Assembly: GCA_963785225.1 (NCBI GenBank)
Contig: CAWAUQ010000009.1
Coordinates: 115,255-179,254 of the forward strand
Source of the DNA: an uncultured delta proteobacterium
Lineage (GTDB): Bacteria > Desulfobacterota > Syntrophorhabdia > Syntrophorhabdales > Syntrophorhabdaceae
Direction of reading: 5' to 3'
Length of the DNA stretch: 64,000 bases
Shown: in pieces, positions 63,897 through 64,000 of the stretch
Layout of the letters: each line of letters opens with the position of its first letter
Numbering within the stretch: the stretch's first letter is position 1
Notes under the pieces: generated by a model
The model's database searches: none
Told to the model about the DNA's origin: nothing
What the model saw: only the letters and a program-made list of their open reading frames with translations
Program-made: the position numbers and the translations under genes

Positions 63897-64000
63897 ATGC
63901 AGATCGAACACCAGTGCCCCCAATGCGGCGGGGCAGTAACCCTTGAGGAAACAGACCGCCTTTTGCTGTGCAGTTTTTGTAAAGCAAAATTGTATATACA
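63897..64000 (+). CDS. zinc-ribbon protein, 5' partial (runs off window)
   Basis: An ATG 9 nt after the SPFH stop. Reads MQIEHQCPQCGGAVTLEETDRLLLCSFCKAKLYI...; only 34 codons are visible. Confidence 0.3.
   Translation, partial: MQIEHQCPQCGGAVTLEETDRLLLCSFCKAKLYI

Overview
This is a 64-kb bacterial chromosomal window. I saw no rRNA, tRNA, CRISPR array, transposase or integrase. From left to right it contains:

- **232-12423, minus strand:** a lower-GC polysaccharide locus. It holds a nucleotide-sugar cassette (nucleotidyltransferase, NUDIX, split transketolase, two SDR enzymes, AKR), heptose genes gmhA/gmhB, a Wzm/Wzt ABC exporter, a glycosyltransferase and wecB.
- **12429-19359:** housekeeping genes (tldD/pmbA-like, GNAT, recN, nadK, a MetE-like protein, a lytic transglycosylase, TraB/GumN).
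- **19507-22812:** a PNPOx-like protein, a PAS hybrid histidine kinase and a ferritin-like protein.
- **23045-32633:** a complete nine-gene V/A-type ATPase operon with visibly higher GC, preceded by a cytidylate-kinase-like gene.
- **33111-38160:** glcD-like, an MFS transporter and ilvD.
- **38322-50292:** a large Pho supercluster. It contains phoB/phoR-like genes, pstSCAB, a phoU relic, phoU, and a second pstSCA operon with two tandem PstB ATPases.
- **50278-58091:** a small defence-type island. It holds a DUF433/DUF5615 toxin-antitoxin cassette flanked by about 41-bp direct repeats, and a type I R-M locus ordered hsdR, hsdS, RhuM-Fic/Doc, hsdM.
- **58341-64000:** marC, typA/bipA, a PilZ-REC-REC protein and an SPFH protein with three zinc ribbons.

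The most notable observations are:

- The tandem PstB pair carries complementary motif losses, which predict one degenerate ATP site.
- The toxin-antitoxin cassette is bracketed by repeats that duplicate the pstB 3' end.
- hsdS has intact conserved regions but shattered, AT-rich target-recognition domains, while the embedded Fic/Doc gene is intact.
- Reading-frame breaks are strongly clustered in wzt, wzm, gmhA, phoR, pstA, pstB, hsdM/S/R and typA. About 27 kb in between is clean.

I cannot tell from sequence alone whether the frame breaks are real gene decay or locally unpolished assembly. All family assignments come from motif recognition by eye, not database searches.
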